Source: an uncultured Planctomycetota bacterium (GTDB lineage: Bacteria; Planctomycetota; Planctomycetia; Pirellulales; Lacipirellulaceae). From it: DNA of 64,000 bases. The stretch lies in contig CAVRBU010000001.1 of assembly GCA_963719315.1 (NCBI GenBank), forward strand, positions 512,001 to 576,000, given 5' to 3'. Position 1 is the stretch's first letter. Each line of letters opens with the position of its first letter. Under the pieces are notes generated by a model. That model was not told the origin of the DNA, searched no databases, and was given only the letters and a program-made list of their open reading frames with translations. Position numbers and translations under genes: made by a program. Positions 43,446 through 53,652 of this stretch are shown here, piece by piece.

Positions 43446-45339
43446 CTATGCGTCAAGGCCACGCATCGCACCGACGCTCTCTCGCATCCTCGCGCGGTCC
43501 ATCAACAAGATCGAGACCGCCATCAAGCCGATCAACCAAGTGGCCGGCTCGGGCACGCTTGTGGCGCCGCCAAGCGATGTTCCACTGCCCGAAGTCGCGC
43601 CGAAGCGCGACCGCCAGAACGTGTAGTCGGCCGCTTGCACTCCGGGTGTCGGGTCGTTCAGCAATGGTCCACCGTTGCGCCACAGCACGTAGTCGGCCGC
43701 GTCGACAATGCCATTGCCGTTGTAGTCGCCGGGTACGCCGGCCGCGATCGCGCCGTAGGCGACGCCGCCGCTGCGCGGCGTCGTTTCGCCGGCGAACAAG
43801 AATTCGAATTGCAAGTCTTGGGATCCAGCCGTGTTGAACAGGTTGCCAAGCCCGAATGCGGTGCCGGGCGTAAGCGTAGTCGCGCCGGTCGGTTTCAATT
43901 CGGACAGACGGCTGGTCGTAGGATTCGCCTCCCCCCTATCGCCGCCGGCCGCGTTTTGATCGTCCAAGCTAGACCAGCCAGTCGGCGAAAGTGAACCGGA
44001 TGCCGACCGAATCGTGTAGCTGTCGATGGCCACGGTGAAAGGCGAAGTATTTTTCAACTGGGCTTGACCTGTGGTCGGATTCACGGTGAGCAGCACATTG
44101 TTGGGATCGCCGATGTAATTGACAATGCCGCTGGTCAGGGCGCCGTCGCTCTTGGTGTATTCGAACGAAATATCGTTGGTATCGGTGCCGAACATCGTCG
44201 GATTGAAGCTGTTGGCGATTCCCAGCGATTGGCTGGCGCCGCTGGCGAATGTCGAATACCCGGCGGCCTTCAACTCGCTCAATCGATTTGTTGTCGGATT
44301 CGCTTCTCCCCAGTCGCCGCCGAGCGCATTCTGATCGTCGAGGCTGTTCCACGAAGCCGGCAGAAGCGAACCGCTCGTCGATCGAATCGAGTAGGAATCG
44401 ATCGACTTATTGATCGCACCCGGGTTGGTAATCGACACGGCGCCGGTGCCGCGATTGACGTTCAACACCAAGAACTCATCGAGATTGAGTTGGGCGAATT
44501 GCCGTCCGCCGCCGGCGGGAACCCCCGATACCGCCCACTTCTGGCCGAGGCCGAGCGGCGTATTCGGCGATACGACAATCGTATTGAATGCCCCCGTTAC
44601 AAAGCCGGCGTTGAACAGATTATACGAGCTGCCGACGGTGGGCGTGACGCCGGTGAATTCGACCGACAACTGACCGCCGAGAGAAGCCGTTCCGGCAATA
44701 TTCGGAATTGCCTGCCCTATATTCGAAATTTCCGCGGTGTAATTGCTATCTGACTGAAGGATGATCGCGCCCGCGGTCACGGCTGCATTCCGTTTCACGC
44801 GAGTGCTGCGCGATAAGTTAATCGTTCCGCTGATGTTCACATTTGCGGGCGTTGCCGTGGAGTCGCCGAGCACGATCGAGCTGGCCGCGTTTCCGCCCGA
44901 GACTACGCGCGGTGGCGGAGAGCGTGCCGCCGGACAAGACCCGCAGCGTCCCGGCTCCCACGGACCCGACGACCACGCTGCCGTCGGGCGGTGTGCCCGC
45001 CGGCGCCGTGCCCACCTGCGCCGTGAGATTACCACCGTTGCGGATTTCCAGTGTGCCGGTGTCGGCTGCGTCCTGGCCCAGGACCACACCTCCGGTCGGA
45101 GTCAGCGAAGTGGCACTTAAAAAAGCGATGCCGCCGTTATTGATGGTGGCTATCTCATTGAAAGCCGCATCGGGCACGGCGGGAAAGGTCGTGCCGTTGT
45201 CCCAATTGGACGGTTCGTTGTAATCGGCGACGCTGGTCGGCAGCCAAATTACATTGGTCTGCGCCAGCGATGGCCGCGTGGCGGTCGCGCTGGCCGCAAT
45301 CGCGGTCAGCCAGCAGATAGTCGTTCGTATTCTTGTCAT
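43446..45339 (-). CDS. PEP-CTERM exported protein, frameshift near 44910
   Basis: Signal peptide; two internal repeats (IDSY.IRS.SGSL..W.SLDDQ..GEANPT..RLSELK); PGDYNGNGIVDAADY; VPEP-TM. Confidence 0.85.
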
Positions 45340-45391
45340 GGTGTCTCCTTGAAAAATCGCACGCGAATGGATGTTCGATAATTCAGCACAC

Positions 45392-46440
45392 TTATCGCCG
45401 ACGCGACCGCATCGACAACGGAGCCAATAGAACAAATCCAATCACGCCGAGGAGAGCACTAGCCGGTTCGGGAATGCCCAGGGCTGCCAAGGCTGCGGGC
45501 GTAGCATGATTCTTCCAGACACGAAAGTCGACGTAGTCGACCACGCCATCGTTGTTCAAGTCGCCGTTGGTCGGCCCCTGAAGGGACTTGAAGAAGTTGT
45601 TGCGGATGGTGTCGTAGTCAAACAGATCGACCACGCCGTTTCCGTTCGTGTCGCCAGCCGTGTACACCAAGCCGCTGGTCGTGAGCGTGAGGCTATCAAT
45701 GCTGCCGGCGATGTTGTAGTTATCGGCAATCGTAATGTCGCGAATGGTAGGATTCGTCGTGTAGCTCGCCGTACCCAGACTGGTGTACGTGGCGTCGGCT
45801 GGCTTCTTGGCGAGCCACTCCACGCTCCATAACGGCGTCGTCGTGTTGAGCACAATGCGGAGATCGACGGGATCACCACCATTGTCGGTGATGGGCGTCG
45901 GCCAATTCGCGATTCCCGTCACGCCAGGTCCCAAGGCAAACTGATTGGGAAACTGGGCGTTGCTCGCCCGGACCAACATCCACGGTTTGCCGAGAACCTG
46001 ATCAGGCTGGCCATTGCCGAAAAACTCGGCGCCACCGCCGGCCCCCGTTGCATAACCGGAGGAGAATCCCAGGCCGACCCAGTTGTAAGCTTCGCCGCCC
46101 CCCACTGTTGAAATCGCGTTGAATCGGGCATCAAGGTGTAAATGTTTCCCGCGATGGTCGCAAAGCCGAGCGAAGCGGATCCGTTGACGTTTGGATCGAT
46201 CGTCGTGTCGATGTGACCATCGGCGTACCATTCGCGTCCCGTTCCGCTTATCAAGCCGGTATCGGTGCGAGTAACCCAGGTTGTGCCGCCGCCGTTGACG
46301 TCGATATCGACGAACTGCCGATGGAGCGGTGTCGCGGCGGACCCGCTGAAATCGTGTTGGTAAAGAATGTTCTGCGCTTTGGCCGTAGCGGCTAGCGCCA
46401 GGAAAAGACCAGCACTGATGAGTAAACGTCTGACAACCAT
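45392..46440 (-). CDS. PEP-CTERM exported protein, frameshift near 46130
   Basis: Signal peptide; GDTNGNG/GDLNNDG dockerin-like repeats; IPEP-TM-RSRRR. Confidence 0.85.
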
Positions 46441-46581
46441 CGCTTCTCCTCGGTTCTGAAGAACTCTAATTCAAATGTTTCAAGTTGAGTGAGAGACCTG
46501 CCGCAAATGTCCGCGTCGAAAGGCAGTCCCTCGGCTCCGCCGAGGGGTCGCGCTACAATGGATCCACCTTACTTCTTACTA

Positions 46582-47421
46582 TTATTTGCGCCTCCGGCGC
46601 ACCGCCAGGAATGCCAACCCGATCGAACACAACAGGCCGCTTGCCGGTTCTGGAACAACAGCGCCGCTGGTTGTCAGCGTGAGAAACCTAAGGCTGCCAT
46701 CGAGTTGCTCGTTGGCGACGATGGAGACGGCTCGGATATCCGCCGGGTTGGATGGATAAGCCGCCGTGCGGAGGCTCGTGAAGCTGGCGTCGGTCGGCTT
46801 CTTGGCGAGCCACTCCAATGTCCAAGCCGCCGCGGTAGTATTGAGAACGACTTGCAGATCGATGGGGTCACCGGGATTGGCGACAACCGGCGTCGACCAA
46901 TCCGCGCCGCCCGCCGTCGAATTTGGAACACCCACGAACGTCTGACCGGGAGCGGTTCCCGCGACGCGAGCGAGCATCCACCCCCGTCCGGTTACTTGAT
47001 CCGCTAGTCCATTGCCAAAGAATTCGGCACCGGCCCCAGTACCGGTCGCCAATCCCGCGGAATAGCCAATGGCGGTCCAAAACGTGTTAGGCCCGGTGAA
47101 CGCGTTTAAGCCAACCGTGAGCGTGTAGAAATTGCCCGCTTGGGGCGTGAACGGCAGCGAGGCGGCGCCGTTGCCGGAAAGGGTCTCGTCGAGGCTGCCG
47201 TCGGCATACCACCGAACTCCCGTACCGCTAGGGAGGCCAGTGTCGGTACGGGTCACCCACTTCGCGCCGAGGCCGCTGTTATCAATATCTGGACTTTGGC
47301 CATGCAGCGGCGTGCTCGCCGAGCCGGTGAAGTTCTCTTGGTAGATTACATTGTCGGCTTGTGCCAAACTGGCGGACGCGAGCAACAAGCCCGCGATTGC
47401 CATCGATCGAACTAAGCACAT
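46582..47421 (-). CDS. PEP-CTERM exported protein, paralog of the adjacent gene
   Basis: Shares WVTRTDTGL.SGTG..WYADG and EWLAKKP; VPEP-TM-RRRRK. Confidence 0.88.
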   Translation of the reverse strand: MCLVRSMAIAGLLLASASLAQADNVIYQENFTGSASTPLHGQSPDIDNSGLGAKWVTRTDTGLPSGTGVRWYADGSLDETLSGNGAASLPFTPQAGNFYTLTVGLNAFTGPNTFWTAIGYSAGLATGTGAGAEFFGNGLADQVTGRGWMLARVAGTAPGQTFVGVPNSTAGGADWSTPVVANPGDPIDLQVVLNTTAAAWTLEWLAKKPTDASFTSLRTAAYPSNPADIRAVSIVANEQLDGSLRFLTLTTSGAVVPEPASGLLCSIGLAFLAVRRRRK

Positions 47422-47572
47422 TGGTGTCGCTCCTGTAGTAAATGAAAAGACTGAACTCACAAGACACTCCTTAAAAAAAGTAGCATGCCAAATCAAACGA
47501 AAAACCGGGACTATCACAAATCTCTCCGCTGTATGCCTGGATGTCGTCGCGTTCGCCACTGCCTTGCAATTA

Positions 47573-49078
47573 TTAACCTCCCGCAACGCAGCCAAATGCT
47601 TGCCATTCCACGCGCAGCGCCATCGGGTTGCGTGCAAGTCCGTCCACCGTCGCGCCGTTGATTACGTCGAACTCGATCCAATTCGCACCGCTGGCAAAGC
47701 CGCCACGGATCTCCACGACGTGAAAACTCCGAAAGTCATCGTGACTTATCGATTGCCAAGGCGGTATATCCACGCGCTTGCCGTTCAAGCGGATTTCCTC
47801 GACGCGGTTATCCACGAGAACCTGGCCCACCAGATGCACGGTCGAGGGATCAACCCCGGTAAGATCGAATCTGGTCTCGAAGGTGTACTGCGTGTACGGG
47901 TCGACGCCGCGAGTCGTGCCGCCATGGACCGAGACCCATTGCGATTGCTTCGGGGCGTTGTCCAAGTATCCGGCGACGGAATTGCCGACTTCCGCCAGCG
48001 CTGGAAACGTCCCTCCCGAAGCATGACCGGCGGTGATTCGCCAGCGCGGATCTCGGTTGCCGAGCAGCAATCCGCGACCGGTATTCGCGATCTCGATTGG
48101 ATGCAGCGGGCGAAAGTGAGCCAACGTCTCGGCGAAACGTGTGTGGTCGACGGGAATACGAACCAAGCGACCCGCGCTCTCGTCCCATTGAACGGCATGA
48201 CCTGCCGTGACCATCAACGCGGCATTCTCGTCGCGTCTTGGAGCGTCTAACGGCTCGGCGCGCACGACCCCTTCAAACACGTGCGCTTCGGCAATATCGG
48301 GCGATTCCGTCCACACCGCGAAACGAGTTCCGAGGTCGGTGATCCGCAGAGCATCGGTCTCGACTACGAAACCTTTGGCCCATCTGGCAGCTTACGCCGT
48401 TAGCTTGCCGTGATATAGTCGGACGCGATTATCAGAACTTAATTCAACGGTGCATGGCGATTGCAGGAGAATGTCCGCGCCGCAACTCATGCTGATCTGC
48501 GCGGTGCCTCGTAACAATTGCATTCGCTCCCCTTGCGAGAGCAGGTCGCCTTCGGCATGGCGAGCGCCGTCTTGCCAGACAGCATCGGTGGCATTCACGA
48601 ATCTCGCTACCATGTCGGGCGCACGCAACAAGGGGATTTGTTCCGCCGTCTGATTGATATGAGAGTTGGTGCTCTGCGAATACCACATAAATGCCGCTAT
48701 CGATATCAGAAGGCCGGCGGCAACGACGAAAAAGCGCCGCTTCGAATCGACTCGATTGGAATTTCTCCCCTTCGAACGGCCAGCGGCCGATTTCAGAACG
48801 CGGGCACCGGAATGCGAAGCAGCCGGCGCGGAACTCGCCGACTTCTCAAAAAAAGGCTCCAACGAAACCAACGCCTTTTCGTGTGCTTGGGAAGAAGCGG
48901 CTTGCCAAGCCAGTTCCACCTGCAGTCGGCTAAAGGCAACCAACACTCCGCAAGCGGCTCCCCGGTCAACGGCCAGCAGTTCTTCTAGCCGGGCGAACGA
49001 TGCTTCCTCGAGCCTACCATCCCAAGCTGCGCCAAGGAGTTCGAGCAATTCATCCGAATTATCCGCGGTCTCTTTCAT
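47573..49078 (-). pseudogene. FecR-like anti-sigma/sensor with in-frame TAA at 48392-48394
   Basis: GKLTA*AARWAKGFVVETDALRITDLGTRF continues in frame; ATGA overlap with the sigma gene. Confidence 0.8.
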
Positions 49079-49599
49079 CAATGGGCCTCCAATGCCAGCG
49101 TCCGCTCGACGCACGCAAATAACGCCTTGCGGATGCGATTCATCGCCTGATAGATCGCGCCAATCGTGCGGCCTTCCGCCCTAGCGATTTCCGCGTAGTT
49201 CCGGCCGGGCGAATAACAACGCTTAACGAGCCGCCGCTCACTGGTAGTGAGTTTTTCCAAGCACACCGCTTGCGCTTCTGCCCGTCGATTGCCATTGCCG
49301 GCCGATTCGCGTTGATATGCTTCCGCGATCGATTCGAGCAATTCTTCGCTAAAGAATAGGCGCTGCCTTCGTTTCGCCTCCACCAGCTTGAGAACTCGAA
49401 AATGCGCAACCCGCATCGCCCAGGCGGAAAAGTTAGTGCCCGGCGTGAAATCATCAAACTTCTGCCATAAGATGATCGCGGTCTCCTGGTATACATCCTC
49501 GGCGTCGGGCAGATTCTGTACCAATGAATAGATAAAACCGAACAAGTCGCGCCGACTTTTGAGTAGCAAGTCGGCAAATAGCGTGCTATTATCGGTCAT
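49078..49599 (-). CDS. ECF sigma-70 factor (Rhodopirellula/Verrucomicrobium type)
   Basis: DAEDVYQET..LWQKFDDF.PGTNFSAWA; RIRKALFACV. Confidence 0.92.
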   Translation of the reverse strand: MTDNSTLFADLLLKSRRDLFGFIYSLVQNLPDAEDVYQETAIILWQKFDDFTPGTNFSAWAMRVAHFRVLKLVEAKRRQRLFFSEELLESIAEAYQRESAGNGNRRAEAQAVCLEKLTTSERRLVKRCYSPGRNYAEIARAEGRTIGAIYQAMNRIRKALFACVERTLALEAH

Positions 49600-49956
49600 T
49601 GCCGGTGTTTGGAAGACAAGCGATTTGGTCGACAGAGGGAGATCCCCATTTGATTCAATCCCTCGGTGGACGGCTGGAGCCAGAAATCACACACTCTCAG
49701 TAGCAGAGAATCGGAACATCGCAGAAGCTATATTGATATCCCGCAGATTTGAGCGATTTGACGCGAATTCTTGATATATTTAATGGGAAAAGGACAGTTG
49801 GCGCATCGGTAGCGTAGCAGGTTGGGCATGCCGCGAACTGCTGGCCTCTCCGAAGCCGATGTCGTGCTCCATTTCTGAAGTTCTTCGGCCTCGGAGAGAC
49901 CTCCCACAGATATGGGAATATGGGGATGGATTCTTACAGAGCCGTGATGTTGTCTT

Positions 49957-51450
49957 TTATTTGAGCACATCGCGGAGGCTATCCGAGGATTGATAGCGAA
50001 TGCCCTCGTTGGACAGGATTTCTTCCGTTGCCGCTTCGATTTCAGTGCGGCGGAAGACGAGCGCCTCGCTGCGGTCGGCCATTTCGAAGCGGAGGAACTC
50101 GTCCTTGCTGTCGCGGAGCATCTCCGCCAGCGTTTTGAGGTTTTTCACCGGTTTGCCGTTGAGCTTCTTGATTACGGCGAGCGGCCGGTTGTCGTAGCCT
50201 TTGATCGAAGGGTGCGGAAACATCCGCGTAGCGATGACCACAAGCTGCTCACCCGGCTCGCCCGGCTTGTCGTACAGCCGACTGAGTAGCGGACTCTGCA
50301 GCACGAGCAGGGCGCCCATCCCACTTCCACCAAGCGCACGGACGTATTCCTGAGAGGCCACTTCGAACACGAGCGGCCCATAGATGAAGTACTCGGGGTA
50401 CTGATCCTGGAGCGTCGGCAGGACCGTCTCGCGCCGCGGCGCCACTGGCACGCTGACTTCTTTCTTTTCGCCATTGCGGAGAATCGTGAGGTCGATCTTT
50501 CCATCCTTGGCAAGTCGCGCGACATAATACAAGAATCGCATCCGCAGGCCGTCGCGGACGTCGACGTAACCTTGGTTGTCGATCGCGTGCGTGCCGACGT
50601 GGGTTATGACGTCCCATTGCTTGAGCGGGTAGTCGCCATCATCCCGATACGGTTTGTTGATGACGATGCCGGTCACGTCGCTGGGGATTTTGAGAAACTT
50701 CCGGAGGGCTTCGTTTTCGGCCGTCTGGTACTCGTCGAGGAGCAGCAGGTTGCCTTCGTACTTGCTCGCGCCGGCGTCGACGACTTTGAGGAACTCGCGA
50801 ATCTCATCGGTGGGGATCAGATATCCGATGTTTTCGGCCTCGTTGATTTTGCTGAACACCAGGCCGACGATTTTGCCGTCGTTGATGGCCGGCCCGCCGC
50901 TGTTGCCGGGGTTGAGCGCTGCATCGACCTGGATCCGCACGCCGCCGGCCGCGAAGTTGTAGCTGGTGAATTCGATGCGGGAGACGATCCCATCGGTCAC
51001 GGAAAGATCATCGCCGCCGGCCGGGTAGCCGTAGACGCTTACGTGCGATTTGAGCTGCGGCAGTTCATCCGCCAGCGGAATGGCGGGAACGTCTTTCAAG
51101 GCATCCGGATCGGTCAACTCCACAAGCGCCAGATCGATGCCGGGTGCGATGGCCTTCACCTTTGCATTCAGTTGATCGCCGCCGCGGCGCATCTGCACAA
51201 ACACCTGGCTGGCGTGCATCACGACATGGGCGTTGGTGAGAATGCGATTCTTGCCGATCACGACACCCGATCCAGAGACCTTTTCCGGGGCCGCTTTGGT
51301 CCACGGCTTGAAATAATCCGACTCGCGTTTGGTGACGAGCAGCTTGACGACGCTGGGTTCGATCGAGTCGGTGGCAAGCGCCGTGCGGATTGTAAGTAAG
51401 GGCGCGACGAGAATCGCAAAGATTGCAAAGCAGGAAAATCGCGTGTTCAT
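49957..51450 (-). CDS. Trypsin-like (Deg/HtrA) serine protease with PDZ domains
   Basis: LTNAHVV, DLAL, LNPGNSGGP. Confidence 0.93.
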   Translation of the reverse strand: MNTRFSCFAIFAILVAPLLTIRTALATDSIEPSVVKLLVTKRESDYFKPWTKAAPEKVSGSGVVIGKNRILTNAHVVMHASQVFVQMRRGGDQLNAKVKAIAPGIDLALVELTDPDALKDVPAIPLADELPQLKSHVSVYGYPAGGDDLSVTDGIVSRIEFTSYNFAAGGVRIQVDAALNPGNSGGPAINDGKIVGLVFSKINEAENIGYLIPTDEIREFLKVVDAGASKYEGNLLLLDEYQTAENEALRKFLKIPSDVTGIVINKPYRDDGDYPLKQWDVITHVGTHAIDNQGYVDVRDGLRMRFLYYVARLAKDGKIDLTILRNGEKKEVSVPVAPRRETVLPTLQDQYPEYFIYGPLVFEVASQEYVRALGGSGMGALLVLQSPLLSRLYDKPGEPGEQLVVIATRMFPHPSIKGYDNRPLAVIKKLNGKPVKNLKTLAEMLRDSKDEFLRFEMADRSEALVFRRTEIEAATEEILSNEGIRYQSSDSLRDVLK

Positions 51451-51575
51451 ACTTCCGCCGCTTCTGATTTTGCTCTAGGTGAGTTAGGCGAGGATGCCGG
51501 CCGACGAGCCGATTGTAGCAGGAGGAACGGGCAATTGCGCTAGTTTGCGGAAACACGCAACCAGTCTTTTGGCCG

Positions 51576-51953
51576 TTACCAAGAATGTCTTCGGACGCCG
51601 GCAACGCAATCAAAATGCGGGTCGCGGCTGACGATTTCGAGTGAGAACTGTTTGGCGAGAGCGGCGATCCAAACGTCGTTTTCGGGGATCGGTTTGCCGG
51701 CCCGCTTCAGATCGCATCGAATCGTAGCGTACACATCGGCTGTCTCGCGGTCAGGGTACAGAACGAAAGAATCTGCTTCCAAACGGCGAAACAAGGATTG
51801 CAAGCGCCGACGGCGACGCGAGGCTAGCAAGCCGAATTGATACTCCGCGATGACGTTCAGCGGCACGTGATGGCGGTCGGATTTGGCCAGAAGCTTACCC
51901 TATGCTTTGTCGCCGACGAGTAGTGCGGAGACTGCATTCGTATCGAGAATCAC
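51576..51953 (-). pseudogene. VapC/PIN toxin with in-frame TAG at 51900-51902
   Basis: MILDTNA..KA*GKLL..PIPENDVWIAA..SRDPHF; GTGA overlap with the antitoxin. Confidence 0.85.
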
Positions 51954-52201
51954 TCCCACCCCTCCGCATCGGCGCTTGAGAATTCTTCATCGATAAGCCG
52001 CTGAACGTCGGCTACGTCATCGGGATTGGCCTTGCCGAACACCGCTCGCCACCCGGCCTCCTCGGTCTTTCGATTGCGTTCGGCCGTAAGTTTGTCGCGT
52101 ACGGCGTCGAGGAAGAAGGACTTGATTGTTTGCCCCTTCAGCGCAGCGCGGGCCTTGATCTGGCGGTAGAGGCGATCCGGAAGGTCGAGGGTGGTTTTCA
52201 T
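51950..52201 (-). CDS. Antitoxin (VapB/RHH-like)
   Basis: MKTTLDLPDRLYRQIKARAA; upstream of the PIN gene. Confidence 0.8.
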   Translation of the reverse strand: MKTTLDLPDRLYRQIKARAALKGQTIKSFFLDAVRDKLTAERNRKTEEAGWRAVFGKANPDDVADVQRLIDEEFSSADAEGWE

Positions 52202-52206
52202 ATCAC

Positions 52207-52236
52207 AACCATAAAACAATATTTATGGTTTGTCAA
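52207..52236 (-). promoter_or_regulatory. TA promoter with operator palindrome, probably leaderless
   Basis: TTGACA-N17-TATGGT-N6-ATG; AACCATAAA-N6-TTTATGGTT. Confidence 0.7.
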
Positions 52237-52303
52237 GAATGAGAACAGCTTCGCGTCGAATCTGATTGGTGATACGGCGTTGGGTTGGGTGGCTGTACCA
52301 CCG

Positions 52304-52654
52304 CTAGATCGCTTCGCCGCCGCGTTCGCCGGTGCGGATGCGGATGCAGTCGTCCAGTGGCAGGACGAAGATTTTGCCGTCGCCGATTTCGCCCGTCGTG
52401 CCGGTGCGACCGCCCTTGATGATCGCGTTCACGGTCGGCTCTACAAAGCTGTCGTTCACCGCGATCATGAGTTGGACTTTGCGAAGCAAGTTCACGGTGA
52501 ATTCGCTCCGCTTGTACAGCACTTCGGTCTGTCCCTTTTGCCGGCCAAAGCCCTGGCAGTCCATGATCGTAAGCCGCACGACCTCGACTTCGGAGAGTGC
52601 CTTTTTGACGTCCTCCAGCTTGCTGGGCTGGATGATGGCGATGATGAGTTTCAT
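52304..52654 (-). CDS. P-II nitrogen regulatory protein (GlnB/GlnK)
   Basis: GFGRQKG; TGEIGDGKIFV; IRIRTGERG. Confidence 0.95.
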   Translation of the reverse strand: MKLIIAIIQPSKLEDVKKALSEVEVVRLTIMDCQGFGRQKGQTEVLYKRSEFTVNLLRKVQLMIAVNDSFVEPTVNAIIKGGRTGTTGEIGDGKIFVLPLDDCIRIRTGERGGEAI

Positions 52655-52784
52655 ACGGGAGGGTTGAGGGGCGAGGGTTTAGGTTCGAGAGTCAGGAACC
52701 GGCCCCGACAATCAGCGACTGATTCAGGGGCGGCAATTCATCAACTCTAAACCCTTAGCGCTCAACCCTCAACCCTCAGAAGAC

Positions 52785-53254
52785 GCCCCGGCTTGGGCCG
52801 ATTAAAGGCGGAGAATCGGACCCAAGCCATTGGGGCATCCTTCTGGCTCAAAGGGCGGCCGACCTCGCAGCCGCCTTGGATGAGTGCGCAATAAAAAAAT
52901 GCCCGGACTCGGCGCTCCCAGGCGGAAAAGAGCGCCGAGCCTTTGTGGGCATTCGGTTGGATTGGTAACGAGATATTGGGGATCTAATACTGTCGGCGGG
53001 TCTTTAACACATCCTTTGCCAAGGTCCGCTTCGGATTTTCAAAAAAAATGCCCAGGCTCGGCGCTCCCAGGCGGAAAAGAGCGCGCGAGCCTGTATGGGC
53101 ATTCGGTTGGCTTGTTAGTCGTCTAGTGAACCAAAAACTAGACTTCAGAACCTCTGTCGCGCGTTTGCCTTTCTAATCGCAGGCCGTGAATAATGCCCAG
53201 GCTCGGGCGGGCCAGGCGGAAAACCCGCCCAAGCCTGTGTGGGCATTCGGTTGG
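52785..53254 (-). ncRNA. Array of 3 conserved plus 1 degenerate structured hairpins upstream of P-II
   Basis: Copies 53192-53254, 53041-53110, 52893-52960, 52785-52838; invariant loop in three copies, covarying stems. Confidence 0.7.
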
Positions 53255-53310
53255 TTCGTGCTCTCACTTCCTTGCGATTTGGATGATTTGCTTTTCGCTT
53301 GTGGCTGAAA

Positions 53311-53325
53311 GCAATGCACGTGCCA
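53311..53325 (-). promoter_or_regulatory. Sigma54 (-24/-12) promoter
   Basis: TGGCAC-GTGCA-TTGC on minus strand, facing the hairpin array and P-II. Confidence 0.8.
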
Positions 53326-53569
53326 GTTGTAGGAATTCGACCGGCAGAATGTGTAAAACTACGTCGTAACTCGTTGTGTTCAATCCGTTTAGTATGTCGC
53401 CGATTATTCTAGCGAGGAACGCAGCAACTTCTCAGATAGCTGCGACTGCCCGACTGCTAAGCAGGTGCATCCTTTTAATTGTGCAGAAGGTCACATAGGC
53501 CGCGCCGGACTTTGCCGAGTTCGGTATTGCAACGGCCGAGCTCTGTTCGCTCTTGGCACCCATATCCAA

Positions 53570-53606
53570 CAAAAAAACCGGAGGCCGCCTTGCGGCGGCC
53601 CCCGGT
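53570..53606 (-). terminator. Intrinsic terminator of the porin gene
   Basis: GC-rich hairpin followed by a T-run on minus strand. Confidence 0.75.
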
Positions 53607-53652
53607 GGCAATGGGAGGGTTAAGTTGTCCATTCGAAGTTGAGGCTCCTGGA

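Noticed and set aside
33352..51902. Stop-codon reassignment (in-frame TAG at 33352 and 51900, TAA at 48392)
   Set aside because: Different codons are involved, and many conserved genes (lexA, atpB, atpH, ftsY, P-II) end normally at TAG; no recoding machinery seen.
52893..53254. CRISPR array
   Set aside because: Repeats are ~63 nt with covarying interiors, spacers ~80 nt, and no cas genes are present.
53447..53485. NtrC enhancer sites upstream of the sigma54 promoter
   Set aside because: TGC..GCA half-sites are present at a plausible distance but spacing and sequence fit the consensus only loosely.
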